Assembly: GCA_963701965.1 (NCBI GenBank)
Contig: OY969695.1
Location: 4,480,001 to 4,544,000 of the forward strand
Source of the DNA: an uncultured Gemmatimonadales bacterium
Lineage (GTDB): Bacteria > Gemmatimonadota > Gemmatimonadetes > Gemmatimonadales > Gemmatimonadaceae
Direction of reading: 5' to 3'
Length of the DNA: 64,000 bases
The translations under genes were made by a program, and so were the position numbers. Shown here in pieces: positions 1-9,885 of this stretch. The notes beneath the pieces were generated by a model that did not search any database, was not told where the DNA came from, and saw only the letters and a program-made list of their open reading frames with translations. Each line of letters begins with the position of its first letter. Position 1 is the stretch's first letter.

Positions 1-194
1 ACGGCCGCCGACGTCAGCGCCAGCCGGACGAGGGGCGCGGACAGGTTCGGGTGCAGCGCCGCGACGGCGAACGCGCGGACCATCGGCCACCCGGCGGAGT
101 TGGCGATCGCGCCGCCCGTCGCCAGTGCCCGGGCGAGCGACCAGCCGACCAGGAGCACGATGACAGCGACGGCCCAGGGCCGCTCACGCCGCAT
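1..194 (-). CDS. PhnE-like ABC transporter permease, N-terminal part (runs off the window start)
   Basis: ATG at 194 overlaps the end of the ATPase gene. It reads MRRERPWAVAVIVLLVGWSLARALA...LHPNLSAPLVRLA, which is hydrophobic, and sits where a permease is expected after SBP and ATPase genes. Confidence 0.6.
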   Translation of the reverse strand, partial: MRRERPWAVAVIVLLVGWSLARALATGGAIANSAGWPMVRAFAVAALHPNLSAPLVRLALTSAA

Positions 195-936
195 CGGTGA
201 GGTCGTAGAGTGGCACGGTCGCCGCGGCCGTGACGTCGCCCGCCGCCCGGTCGAAAAGGATGCGCCCGGCGCGCAGGCCAATGATCCGGTCGCAGAACTC
301 GCGCGCCAGGTCGGGGCGGTGCAGGCTGACCACGAGCGCGCGGCGACGGCTCGTCTCGACATTGGCCAGGATCGATAAGACGGTGCGCGCGCGTTCGGGA
401 TCCAAATGCGACACGGGCTCGTCGGCCAGCACGAGCACCGGGTCTTGCACGAGCACCCGCGCGACCGCGACGCGTTGCCGCTGGCCACCGGACAGGGTGG
501 CGGTAGGCGCGTCGATCGTATCCGCGATCCCGAGGGAGGCCAGGGCCGCGGCGGCGACGGGGCGGTCCATTGGGGTGAGCAACGAAACTAGGGCACGCAA
601 TGTCGACCAACGGCCGAGGTGTCCGGCGTTGACATTGTGAATGACGCGGAGCGAATCGACCAGCGCCGGCGATTGATCGATCGTGCCGATATCGCGCCGC
701 AGGCGGCGCAGCGCGTGGCCCCGTAGGTCGTCGAGGCGCGACCCGAGGATCACGCGCTCGCCCGCGGTCGGTGTCAGCCGGCCGTTCATGATGCGGAGCA
801 GCGTGGTCTTGCCCGCGCCACTCGGGCCGATGAGCGCCACGCGCTCACCGGCCCGGATCTCGAGCGAGATATCGTCGATCGCCAGTCGATCGCCGAACCG
901 CCGGCTGACGTGCCGAAGGGCGACGACCGCGTCCAT
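184..936 (-). CDS. PhnC-like ABC transporter ATP-binding protein
   Basis: Walker A GPSGAGKTT, signature LSGGQRQRV, Walker B VLADEP, H-loop SLH. Confidence 0.92.
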   Translation of the reverse strand: MDAVVALRHVSRRFGDRLAIDDISLEIRAGERVALIGPSGAGKTTLLRIMNGRLTPTAGERVILGSRLDDLRGHALRRLRRDIGTIDQSPALVDSLRVIHNVNAGHLGRWSTLRALVSLLTPMDRPVAAAALASLGIADTIDAPTATLSGGQRQRVAVARVLVQDPVLVLADEPVSHLDPERARTVLSILANVETSRRRALVVSLHRPDLAREFCDRIIGLRAGRILFDRAAGDVTAAATVPLYDLTDAA

Positions 937-941
937 CGCCG

Positions 942-1811
942 TCAGCGCGGGATCTCGCCGGTGACGCGGCCGACCGCCTCGATCTGGGCGTAGTTACTAT
1001 CGGCGGTCGGGATGAACTTGTGCGCGCCGAAGAGATCGAGGATCTCCTTTTGCGCCGGCACGGCCGGGTCGAGCGCCAGGAGCGCCGCACGTACTTTGTC
1101 GACCATGTCGGGTCCAAACCGCTGGGCAATGGTGGGATTCACGACCCAGTGATAGTCGTAGAACGACGGCGTGACATAGAACGCCACCACGCGCGTGGTA
1201 TCGGCGGTCCCGTCGGCGAGACGCGAGCGCCAGACCTGCGCGTTGAGCGCTCCCGCGTCGTACGTCCCCGCGGAGACCAGGGCCAGGGTCTTGTCGTGCG
1301 ATCCCGAGAAACCCGGCGCGCCGCGAAAGTCGCCGACCGCGACGCCCGCCTGCTGCAGGTAGTACTGCGGCATGAGCCGACCGGACGTCGACGTCTCGCT
1401 GCCGAACGTGAACGTGTGTCCCTTGAGGTCGGCCAGCGACTGGATACGCGTGCCGCGGTGCGCGATGAAGACGCTATGGAACGAGGAATCGATGTCGCGC
1501 TGTGCCAGCGCGCGGGCGCCGGGCACCCGGAGGCGGGCCTGCACGCCCGTGAGGCCGCCGTACCAGACCAGGTCCAGATCGCCCACGGTGAATGCCGTGA
1601 CCGATGCCGTGTAGTCCGTCACCGGCTTGTATGCGACCGGCACGCCCACGGCGCCTGACAGATACGTCGCGACCTTGCCGTACAGGCGCTGCAGTTTCTC
1701 GGGATCCTGGTCGGGGATCGCCGAGATGATGAGCGCGCGCTGCTTGTCTGGCGCGTGGCACGCGGTCAAGAGCGCCGCGGCAATGAGCCACGGGGCAGTC
1801 ACGGAGCGCAC
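942..1811 (-). CDS. PhnD/PtxB-family ABC substrate-binding lipoprotein (resembles the putative selenate-binding subfamily)
   Basis: Lipobox LTAC; motifs AIPDQDPEKL, DLVWYGGLTGVQAR, FGSETSTSGRLMP, GSHDKT. Confidence 0.85.
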   Translation of the reverse strand: MRSVTAPWLIAAALLTACHAPDKQRALIISAIPDQDPEKLQRLYGKVATYLSGAVGVPVAYKPVTDYTASVTAFTVGDLDLVWYGGLTGVQARLRVPGARALAQRDIDSSFHSVFIAHRGTRIQSLADLKGHTFTFGSETSTSGRLMPQYYLQQAGVAVGDFRGAPGFSGSHDKTLALVSAGTYDAGALNAQVWRSRLADGTADTTRVVAFYVTPSFYDYHWVVNPTIAQRFGPDMVDKVRAALLALDPAVPAQKEILDLFGAHKFIPTADSNYAQIEAVGRVTGEIPR

Positions 1812-1896
1812 AGGGTCTCCTATCGAGCAATGGGCGTTGCGGTGTCACGTAGAATATGGGAGGGAACGCTATCCTGCCCCGTTAGATTCCGTGGTC

Positions 1897-2973
1897 ATGA
1901 CACCAGCCTCCCTCTCGCCCGCCGCCGCGCGCATTGATACGGTCGGCTACGCGGCATCCGATGCCAAGGCGCCGTTGGCGCCTTTTCAATTCCAGCGACG
2001 CCCCACGGGTCCGCGCAATGTGCGGATCGATATCCTCTATTGCGGCGTGTGCCACTCCGACATTCACCAGGCCCGCGACGAATGGGGCGGCGCCATCTTC
2101 CCCATGGTGCCGGGACATGAGATCGTCGGGCGCGTGGTCGAGGTTGGCGATCAGGTCACGAAACTGCACCAAGGCGACCTGGCCGCCGTCGGCTGTATGG
2201 TGGATTCCTGCCAGCAGTGCGCGAGCTGCACCGCCGGTCTCGAACAGTTCTGCGAGAACGGCACGGTGTGGACGTACAATGCGCGCGACAAACAGGGCGA
2301 GAACGTGTTCGGCGGCTACTCCAAGACGGTCGTGGTGGACGAGGCCTTCGTGCTGACCTTGTCGCCCAAGCTCGATCCGGCGGCCGCCGCGCCGCTCCTG
2401 TGCGCGGGCATCACGACGTACTCGCCGCTCCGCCACTGGAACGTGGGACGGGGCTCCAAGCTCGGAGTCGTCGGCCTCGGCGGCCTGGGACACATGGGAC
2501 TCAAGTTCGGACGCGCCTTTGACGCCCACGTCGTGCAATTCACGACGTCCCTGGGCAAGAGGGCGGACGCCAAACGGCTAGGCGCCGACGAAGTAGTGCT
2601 GTCGTCCGATGCGGCGGCCATGCAAGCGCACCGGCGCTCGTTCGACTTCATTCTCGACACGGTATCGGGGACGCACGACGTCAGCGCGTACCTCGATTTG
2701 CTCAAGGTCGATGGCACCATGACGCTGGTCGGGGTTCCCGAGGCGCCGCTGTCGATCCCGGCGTTCTCCCTCGTCGGCCGGCGGGCGAGCCTGGCCGGGT
2801 CGGCCGTCGGAGGCATTCCCGAGACGCAGGAGATGTTGGACTACTGCGCGGAGAGCGGCATCGTGGCGGACGTGGAGATCATCCCGATCCAGGAGATCAA
2901 CGCCGCCTACGACCGGATGCTGCGGGGCGATGTACAATACCGGTTCGTGATCGACATGGCCTCTCTCACCTGA
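1897..2973 (+). CDS. Zn-dependent NAD(P)H alcohol dehydrogenase (cinnamyl-ADH/YahK-like)
   Basis: CGVCHSD, GHEIVG, CxxCxxC structural Zn site, [16 protein letters not shown]. Start placed at ATG 1897. Confidence 0.93.
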   Translation: MTPASLSPAAARIDTVGYAASDAKAPLAPFQFQRRPTGPRNVRIDILYCGVCHSDIHQARDEWGGAIFPMVPGHEIVGRVVEVGDQVTKLHQGDLAAVGCMVDSCQQCASCTAGLEQFCENGTVWTYNARDKQGENVFGGYSKTVVVDEAFVLTLSPKLDPAAAAPLLCAGITTYSPLRHWNVGRGSKLGVVGLGGLGHMGLKFGRAFDAHVVQFTTSLGKRADAKRLGADEVVLSSDAAAMQAHRRSFDFILDTVSGTHDVSAYLDLLKVDGTMTLVGVPEAPLSIPAFSLVGRRASLAGSAVGGIPETQEMLDYCAESGIVADVEIIPIQEINAAYDRMLRGDVQYRFVIDMASLT

Positions 2974-2977
2974 CCCC

Positions 2978-3436
2978 ATGCCCGTTCCTACTTCCGGGGA
3001 GTCCGCTCCCGACTTCACGCTCGCTTCGACCAACGGCCAGAACGTCACGTTGTCGTCCTTTCGCGGGAAGGACAACGTGCTGCTCGCCTTCTTCCCGTTG
3101 GCGTTCACGAGCACCTGCACGGCCGAGCTGTGCGAATTTCGCGACAACTTCGACGCGTTCGCGGGGCGGAACGTCGTCGTCTTGCCGATCAGTGTCGATT
3201 CCGTGCCGACGCTGGCCGAGTTCAAATCGAAACATCAGTTCAAGACCGACATGGCGAGCGACTTCAAGCGCGAGGCTTCCAACGCCTACGGCGTGTTGCT
3301 CCCGGAGAAATTCTTCTCCAATCGGGCCTATTTCCTGATCGATAAGAAGGGCACGGTGCGTTGGTCGTACGTGGAAGTCACCCCCGGCACCAAGCGCGAG
3401 ACGAGCGAGATCTTTGCGGAGATGGCCAAGCTATAG
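2978..3436 (+). CDS. Peroxiredoxin (AhpC/TSA family, AhpE-like)
   Basis: [21 protein letters not shown] (PxxxTxxC), [15 protein letters not shown]. Confidence 0.9.
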   Translation: MPVPTSGESAPDFTLASTNGQNVTLSSFRGKDNVLLAFFPLAFTSTCTAELCEFRDNFDAFAGRNVVVLPISVDSVPTLAEFKSKHQFKTDMASDFKREASNAYGVLLPEKFFSNRAYFLIDKKGTVRWSYVEVTPGTKRETSEIFAEMAKL

Positions 3437-3451
3437 GGGGTTACAGGGCGT

Positions 3452-3553
3452 TGTCCCCCTCGTGACCGGGTCGGCGGTCCCGAGTATCCGATTGTCACTT
3501 TTACAGACGTGACCTTTCGGCTACTTTTTCGGTCAGCTTGTCCGAGGGGGACA
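3452..3553 (+). promoter_or_regulatory. Long nested inverted repeat, probable structured leader occluding the kinase RBS
   Basis: TGTCCCCCTCG (3452-3462) pairs perfectly with CGAGGGGGACA (3543-3553, contains the SD). Inner stems are TGACCG/CGGTCA, AGTA-CCGA/TCGG-TACT and GTCAC/GTGAC. Confidence 0.55.
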
Positions 3554-3557
3554 CTGC

Positions 3558-4745
3558 ATGGTCGAGATGCCCGCACCGCAACCGATCGCCGACGCTGCTC
3601 TCGCAGCTGTTAAGGCAGAGCTCGCTTCGGCGCGCGTCCCGGAGAGCGTTGCCGAGCGGGTGCAAGAGATCATGCGGGCCGCGCTCACCGAGCAGCGGCA
3701 CTTCTTGATGATGGTCGTCGATTCGCTCCCGTTGGGCCTCTACGTGGTCGATCGCGAATACCGCGTTCAGGCGTGGAACCGCAAGCGGGAGAGCGGTATG
3801 CAGGGCATCGCCCGGAGCGACGCCCTCGGCCGCACGATCTTCGAGATCCTCCATCGGCAGCCGGCGGAGACCCTCAAACGCGAGATCGACGAGGTCTTCG
3901 CGACCGGACAACTCGGCCAGTTCGAGACCGAGTCCCACGCCACCGGGAAGGCCCGGACGTTCCGGATCTCGAAGATTCCGATGCACCTGCACGAGGCCGA
4001 CTCCCAGGTGACGCACGTCATCACCATCGGCGAGGACATCACCGAGTGGAAAGAAGCGCAACAGCGCGTGGCCCAAGCGGAAAAGATGGCCGCTATCGGC
4101 CAGCTCGCCGCCGGCGTCATGCACGAGATCAATAATCCCCTGGCCACGATCTCCGCGTGCGCCGAAAGCCTCGTGGACGAGATCGGCGATCTCGAATACC
4201 TGCGGTTCATCGATACGGAAGTGCAGCGGTGCAAAGGCATCATCAATGGACTGCTCGACTTCAGCCGTAAGCGGCCGGCGGACAAGGAGTTGGTCAGTGT
4301 CAACGCGGAAGTGGAGCGCACCCTCGCGCTCTTGTCGCATCACGCCCGCTTCAAGCGGATGGCCGTCGAGACCGACCTCGATGACCGGATCGGCGCCAAT
4401 GTGCGCGCCAACGGCGACCAGCTCGTCCAGGTCTTCATGGCGCTCTTGCTCAACGCCGCGGACGCGACGGCCGAGCGGGGCGGGAAGATCACGCTCCGTT
4501 CCCGCGCCGAAAACGGGCACATCATCGCCGAAGTGACCGACGACGGCGTCGGGATCCCCCGGTCTGATGTCGCCAAACTGTTCGAGCCGTTCTATACCAC
4601 CAAGCCGCCTGGACGCGGGACGGGGCTCGGTCTCTCGATTTGCTACGGTATCGTCGCCGACCATGGCGGGCGCATGGAAGTGGAAAGCGCTCCGGGTGTC
4701 GGCAGCACGTTTCGCATTGTATTGCCCACGGAAACAGTCGCATGA
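3558..4745 (+). CDS. Cytoplasmic PAS-domain sensor histidine kinase (NtrB-like)
   Basis: PAS-like N-terminus; H-box AGVMHEINNPL; N-box LLNAADA; G1 DDGVGI; F-box FEPFYTTK; G2 GTGLGL. Confidence 0.92.
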   Translation: MVEMPAPQPIADAALAAVKAELASARVPESVAERVQEIMRAALTEQRHFLMMVVDSLPLGLYVVDREYRVQAWNRKRESGMQGIARSDALGRTIFEILHRQPAETLKREIDEVFATGQLGQFETESHATGKARTFRISKIPMHLHEADSQVTHVITIGEDITEWKEAQQRVAQAEKMAAIGQLAAGVMHEINNPLATISACAESLVDEIGDLEYLRFIDTEVQRCKGIINGLLDFSRKRPADKELVSVNAEVERTLALLSHHARFKRMAVETDLDDRIGANVRANGDQLVQVFMALLLNAADATAERGGKITLRSRAENGHIIAEVTDDGVGIPRSDVAKLFEPFYTTKPPGRGTGLGLSICYGIVADHGGRMEVESAPGVGSTFRIVLPTETVA

Positions 4746-6160
4746 AAGAACCAACCAGCATCAAGATCCTGATTGCCGAGGATGAGGAAATGCTCGGCAC
4801 CGTCCTGCAGCAGTTCCTCGCGGGTAAGGGCCACCAGGTCGTGGTCGTGCGGGATGGGCGGGCGGCGCTCGAGGCCCTCAAGCGCGACGATTTCGACGTC
4901 GCGTTGCTGGACATCGTCATGCCGGAGCTCGACGGGATGGAAGTGCTCCGCCAGATCTCCGATGAGCCGTCGCCGCCCCAAGTGATCATCATCACAGGCA
5001 ACGGGACGATCGAGACGGCCATCACCGCTATCCGACTCGGCGCCTACGACTATCTGTCGAAGCCGTATCGTATGGCGGAGATCGACGTGCTCGTGCGCCG
5101 GGCCTGGGAGAAACGGCAGCTGGCCGCCGAAAACGCGCTCCTGCAGCACCACCTGGAGCGCGCCAACGGCGTTCCCGAGATCGTGACGCGATACGCGCCG
5201 ATGCAAGCCGTGCTTTCGCTGGTTGAGCGGGTCGCCAAATCCGACTCCCCCGTGCTCATCACCGGCGAGGCGGGCACCGGCAAAGAGCTCGTGGCGCGGG
5301 CGCTGCATCGGATGTCGGAACGCAGCGGCGGGCCGATGGTCGATGTCGACTGTGCGTCGACGACCGATGCCCTGACGATGGAGAGCGAGCTATTCGGGCA
5401 CGAGAAAGGGGCGCTGCCCGGCGTGCTCAAACGAAAGACCGGACTGTTCGAGCTGGCCACCGAAGGGACGCTCTTTCTCGACGAAGTCGGCGATCTCGAT
5501 CTCCGCGTCCAGGGCAAGCTGCTGCGGGCCCTGGAAAGCGGGGCCTACCTGCGGCTGGGCGGGACGCACAAGCTCAACGTCGACTTTCGCGTGGTGGCCG
5601 CCACCAAGCGCGATATTCGCGAGGACGTGATGGATCGGAAGTTCCGGAGTGACCTGTTCTTCCGGATCAACACCATCAGCATCACGCTCCCACCGCTCCG
5701 GGATCGCGTCGTCGACATCCCCCTCCTCGCGCAGTACTATCTCAAGGAGTTCGGCGGCGCCGCGCCGCCGACGCTGACCGACGACGCGATCGCGGCGTTG
5801 GAGAGTTACCCGTGGCCCGGAAACGTCCGGGAGATTCGCAACGTGATCGAGCGCGCCGTCCTGCTGGCCAACGGTGGAGTCATCAGCCGCCGCGACTTGC
5901 CGCTGTCGAGCACCGCGATGCTCCAGGGCGGATCGTCGGCGCCGTCGCCGCACGCCTCCAACGGACCCGCGGTCCCCTACGTGGGCGACGAGAACGGCCG
6001 CAGCCTGTCGCTGTCGGAGCTGGAGCGCCGGCACATCGAGGCCGTGCTCAACCGCGCGAACTGGCATCAGGGACGCGCCGCGGCGCAACTCGGCATCTCG
6101 TCCAAGACGCTCTATCGCAAGATTCGCGAATATGGGTTCGTGCGCCCGCGGAACGTGTGA
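4742..6160 (+). CDS. NtrC-family REC-AAA+-Fis response regulator with a degenerate GAFTGA loop
   Basis: REC domain (LLDIVMP), Walker A GEAGTGKE, ESELFGHEK-GALPGV, Walker B FLDEVG, WPGNVRE, Fis HTH LGISSKTLYRK. ATGA overlap with the kinase gene. Confidence 0.93.
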   Translation: MKEPTSIKILIAEDEEMLGTVLQQFLAGKGHQVVVVRDGRAALEALKRDDFDVALLDIVMPELDGMEVLRQISDEPSPPQVIIITGNGTIETAITAIRLGAYDYLSKPYRMAEIDVLVRRAWEKRQLAAENALLQHHLERANGVPEIVTRYAPMQAVLSLVERVAKSDSPVLITGEAGTGKELVARALHRMSERSGGPMVDVDCASTTDALTMESELFGHEKGALPGVLKRKTGLFELATEGTLFLDEVGDLDLRVQGKLLRALESGAYLRLGGTHKLNVDFRVVAATKRDIREDVMDRKFRSDLFFRINTISITLPPLRDRVVDIPLLAQYYLKEFGGAAPPTLTDDAIAALESYPWPGNVREIRNVIERAVLLANGGVISRRDLPLSSTAMLQGGSSAPSPHASNGPAVPYVGDENGRSLSLSELERRHIEAVLNRANWHQGRAAAQLGISSKTLYRKIREYGFVRPRNV

Positions 6161-6825
6161 AGATCCTGGTCATTGAGGACGACCCGACGGTCGGCCAGTT
6201 CGTCAAACGCGGTCTCGAAGAGCAGCGCTGGAGCGTCGACCTGGTCGCCGATGGCGAGACGGGGGAGCGCCTGGCCAGCTCCGATGGCTACGATCTCGTG
6301 ATCCTCGACATGCGATTGCCCGGGAAACCGGGCCTGCAGGTCCTCCACTCGCTGCGCGCCCGCGGGCTGCAATGCCCCGTATTGGTGCTGACGGCCCAGG
6401 ACGCGGTCGACGCCAAGGTGCAGACGCTGCGGGCCGGCGCCGACGACTATGTCACCAAGCCCTTCGCGTTCGAGGAGCTCCTGGCCCGGGTCGAGGCGGT
6501 CTCGCGCCGGCCGCGGGCCCTGACGTCGGTGGCGCTCCGCGTCGACGATCTCGTGCTCGACCGGGACACGCGCGAAGTGCGCCGCGCCGGGGAGATCGTC
6601 GACGTGACACCGAAGGAATACGCCGTGTTGGAGTACTTGATGCGCCACGCGGGCAAGGTGATGAGCCGTACGCTGATCACCGAGTACGCCTGGGGCTATC
6701 ACTTCGATCCCGGCACCAACATCGTCGACGTGGTCATCAATCACCTGCGGAAGAAGATCGACGCCGCGCACGAACGAAAGTTGATCCACACGGTGCGCGG
6801 CGTCGGCTACGTCGTCCGCGCCTGA
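6157..6825 (+). CDS. OmpR/CusR-family response regulator
   Basis: GTG start overlaps the upstream stop. Motifs KILVIEDD, ILDMRLP, GADDYVTKPF, TNIVDVVI, IHTVRGVGY. Confidence 0.93.
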   Translation: MKILVIEDDPTVGQFVKRGLEEQRWSVDLVADGETGERLASSDGYDLVILDMRLPGKPGLQVLHSLRARGLQCPVLVLTAQDAVDAKVQTLRAGADDYVTKPFAFEELLARVEAVSRRPRALTSVALRVDDLVLDRDTREVRRAGEIVDVTPKEYAVLEYLMRHAGKVMSRTLITEYAWGYHFDPGTNIVDVVINHLRKKIDAAHERKLIHTVRGVGYVVRA

Positions 6826-6833
6826 GCTGACCC

Positions 6834-8321
6834 GTGGCCAGCATTCGCGCGCAGCTGACCACCGCGTATGCGACGGCGCTCCTGACCACGGTCGCGGTGT
6901 TCGCCGCCGTGTCCTATGCCACGGCACGCTCGGCGCGCCAGCGTGAGCAAGAGCGCCACGTGACGGCCGATGCGGACCTGACGCTCCGCATCGTGCAGCA
7001 AGCGATCGCCTCCGGCGAGGCGATCGTCACGACCAGCAGCGAGAAGAACCAGCCGCGCCAGTCCTCGACGCCCGCCGCGTACACGATTCCCCCGGCCGTG
7101 ACGCCGAAAGTCCGGACGCTGTTGGAGGGTGTGCCCGACTACGTGTTCGTGCTCGACAGCAACGGCCACACGCTCTACAACTCGTTCGCGGTGCGCCAGC
7201 TGGACGAAGACGATCAAGTCACGCTGAGTCGCGCCGCCATCGCGCTGCCTTCGGATGGCGGCCCGCCGACGACCGTCGATCTCCGGACCAAGCGCCTCCT
7301 CGCGGTGGCGTTGAATGCGCCGCCGGGATCCAGTCCGGTGGCCCGCGTGGTCGCCGCGGCCGAATACGAGAACGCAACCGTGGCGCCCGTGGTGCTGGGC
7401 GGCGTGATCTTCATCGCGGCGCCGCTCATTCTCCTCATCTCGATCGGCGCCGCCTATGTCATCGCCGGGCGTGCGTTCCGTCCGGTCGATGGCATCATCA
7501 ACGAAGTCGAGGCGATCACCGACGGACGCAGCTTGCACCGGCGCCTGGCGCTGGACGGATCGGGCGATGAGCTGACGCGACTCACCCGCACGCTGAACGC
7601 GATGATCGAACGGCTCGAGACCTCGTTCGGCGCGCTGCGCCGCTTCACGGCCGACGCCAGCCACGAGCTCAAGACACCGCTCACCGTGATGCGCGCCGAC
7701 GTCGAGCGCGCCATGAACGTGACGGCGTATTCCACCGATCAACTGGTGGCGCTCGAAGAAGCGTTGCGCGAAGTCCGCAGAATGTCGGATCTCGTCGACA
7801 GCCTGCTGACGCTCGCCCGTGCCGATGAAGGACGATTTGACCTGATGCGCGAGCCGGTGGCGCTCGAACCGCTGGTGCGGGAGGTCTTCGAGACCGCCGT
7901 GATCCTTGGTGAGGACGCGGGGATCACCGTCTACTTACCCGTGCTCGAGGACGTCACGGTGTCCGGCGACCCGATGCGTTTACGGCAGCTGTTTCTCAAC
8001 TTGGTGACAAACGCCATCAAGTACACGCCGCGTGGTGGACGCGTGGATTTGAGTCTCAGCAAGCGGCTGGACGCCATCACGTTTACCGTGCGCGACAGCG
8101 GTATCGGGATCGCGGCGAACGACTTACCGTACATCTTCGATCGTTTCTGGCGCGCCGATCGCGTGCGCTCGCGCGCGTCGGAGCGCGGGGGGTTCGGACT
8201 GGGGTTGGCGATCGCCCAGTATATCGCGCACGCGCACGGTGGATCATTGACGGTGAGCTCACGACTCGGCCGCGGAACGGTGTTTACCGTTACGCTCCCG
8301 CTCGAATTAACCAACACGTAA
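6834..8321 (+). CDS. Membrane HAMP-domain sensor histidine kinase (CusS/BaeS-like)
   Basis: Two TM segments, HAMP (DELTRLTRTLN), H-box ADASHELKTPL, NLVTNAIKY, DSGIGI, GFGLGLAI. Confidence 0.92.
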   Translation: MASIRAQLTTAYATALLTTVAVFAAVSYATARSARQREQERHVTADADLTLRIVQQAIASGEAIVTTSSEKNQPRQSSTPAAYTIPPAVTPKVRTLLEGVPDYVFVLDSNGHTLYNSFAVRQLDEDDQVTLSRAAIALPSDGGPPTTVDLRTKRLLAVALNAPPGSSPVARVVAAAEYENATVAPVVLGGVIFIAAPLILLISIGAAYVIAGRAFRPVDGIINEVEAITDGRSLHRRLALDGSGDELTRLTRTLNAMIERLETSFGALRRFTADASHELKTPLTVMRADVERAMNVTAYSTDQLVALEEALREVRRMSDLVDSLLTLARADEGRFDLMREPVALEPLVREVFETAVILGEDAGITVYLPVLEDVTVSGDPMRLRQLFLNLVTNAIKYTPRGGRVDLSLSKRLDAITFTVRDSGIGIAANDLPYIFDRFWRADRVRSRASERGGFGLGLAIAQYIAHAHGGSLTVSSRLGRGTVFTVTLPLELTNT

Positions 8322-8397
8322 TCTCGGAACCATTTCGCGCCCATCGGCGACGGCTAGCTTCTGGCACATACGAGAACCGTCGTAGCCAGGAGCGCAC

Positions 8398-9102
8398 TTG
8401 TTCAACACGCTGTTGGAATCCAGACCGAAGAAGGAAAAGCGAGGCGGCGGGACCATGTTCAGCATCGTGCTGCACACGGGGATCATCGCCCTCGCGGCCG
8501 CCATAACGGCGAACGCGGCCATCAAGAACGAGAAGACCAAGGAAGAGAAGATTCAGTTTACGGAGGCGCCCAAGCCGGAGCCGCCGCCGCCGCCGAAAAC
8601 GCCGCCGCCGCCCGACGTGACCGTCGCGCCGCCGCCGCCCAAGGGATTCCAGGTGCTGACCGCGCCCGTGAACATCCCGGACGTCCTGCCGAACGTCGAT
8701 CTCACCAAGAAGGTCACGGATGAGGCCGATTTCAGCGGGAAGGGCGTGGCCGGCGGCAACTCGAAAGGCAAAGAAGGCGGCACAGGTCCGGTGACGGACC
8801 AGCCGTACTTCGACTTCCAGGTCGAGAAGCAGGCCGGCACGGCGCCGGGCAGCCAGGCACCCGAATATCCGGAGATGCTGCGCTCGGCGAACGTCGAGGG
8901 CGAGGTCCTGGCGCAGTTCGTCATCGATACGACGGGGCGGGCCGATGCGAGCACGTTCAAGGTGCTCAAGTCGACCAACGATGCGTTCACCGACGCGGTG
9001 AAGCGCGATCTCCCCAGGATGCGGTTTTTCCCCGCCGAGATCGGCGGTCGCAAGGTCAAGGAATTGGTGCAGTTGCCGTTCGCTTTCAACCTGAACAAGT
9101 AG
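8398..9102 (+). CDS. tonB: TonB-family energy transducer
   Basis: N-terminal TM with SxxLH, Pro-rich linker, TonB_C domain (YPEML...GEVLAQFVIDTTGR...FFPAEIGGRKV). AGGAG SD before TTG. Confidence 0.88.
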   Translation: MFNTLLESRPKKEKRGGGTMFSIVLHTGIIALAAAITANAAIKNEKTKEEKIQFTEAPKPEPPPPPKTPPPPDVTVAPPPPKGFQVLTAPVNIPDVLPNVDLTKKVTDEADFSGKGVAGGNSKGKEGGTGPVTDQPYFDFQVEKQAGTAPGSQAPEYPEMLRSANVEGEVLAQFVIDTTGRADASTFKVLKSTNDAFTDAVKRDLPRMRFFPAEIGGRKVKELVQLPFAFNLNK

Positions 9103-9120
9103 CACCGAGGCGTCGTCACA

Positions 9121-9858
9121 ATGAATCTCTCGCTGGTAGACCTCTTCGTTTCAATGGGCGGATTCGCGAAAGGCATCGTCGTGGTCCTCGCGATCATGTC
9201 GATCTTCTCGCTCTCCATCATGATTCAAAAGTGGTGGGGCCTCCGCGCCGCACAGAATGAGACCCGCAAGTTCGCGCCCGAGTTCTCGCAGTTCCTCGAG
9301 GAAGACAACCTCGGTGAAGCGATCAAGCTGGCCGAGGGCTATAAGAAGTCGCACGTGGCCCGCGTCCTCGGCGGCGCGCTGGGCGAGATCAAGCCCCTGA
9401 TCCAGGAAGGCTCCGTGACCGTCGCCGACATCAACTCGGCGGAACGCGCGGTCGAGCGCGAGATGCTCATGAACATTGTGCTGCTCAAGCGCGGCCTCGG
9501 CGTGCTGGCCACGGTCGGCGCCACGGCGCCGTTCGTCGGACTGCTCGGCACCACGATGGGTATCGTGAACGCGTTCACGGGTATGGCCGCGTCCGGCTCC
9601 GGCGGGTTGTCGGCGATCTCGGCAGGTGTCGCCGAGGCGCTCATCACGACGGCCTTCGGCCTCATGGTCGCCATTCCGGCGGTGTGGGCGTACAACTTCT
9701 TCCAGACCAAGATCGACAATCTCACGGCCGAGATGACGTACTCCTCCAAGGAGATGATCGACTATCTCATCAAGGGTGTCTCCGGTGAGTTCGGCCGGTC
9801 CCGCTTCACCCGCGAGTTCAACACGGCGTCGGGCGCGAACGCCCCGATCGCGCAGTAG
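9121..9858 (+). CDS. exbB: MotA/TolQ/ExbB proton channel protein
   Basis: LATVGATAPFVGLLGT and GVAEALITTAFGLMVAIPAV motifs. Confidence 0.92.
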   Translation: MNLSLVDLFVSMGGFAKGIVVVLAIMSIFSLSIMIQKWWGLRAAQNETRKFAPEFSQFLEEDNLGEAIKLAEGYKKSHVARVLGGALGEIKPLIQEGSVTVADINSAERAVEREMLMNIVLLKRGLGVLATVGATAPFVGLLGTTMGIVNAFTGMAASGSGGLSAISAGVAEALITTAFGLMVAIPAVWAYNFFQTKIDNLTAEMTYSSKEMIDYLIKGVSGEFGRSRFTREFNTASGANAPIAQ

Positions 9859-9885
9859 AGACCCGCGAGCGAGGAGGGTACCGCA

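Noticed and set aside
8326..8375. TGGCAC (sigma54 -24-like) and GGAAC-N17-CGAC (ECF-like) upstream of tonB
   Set aside because: There is no TTGC at the -12 position, and the ECF match is too short to support without an alignment.
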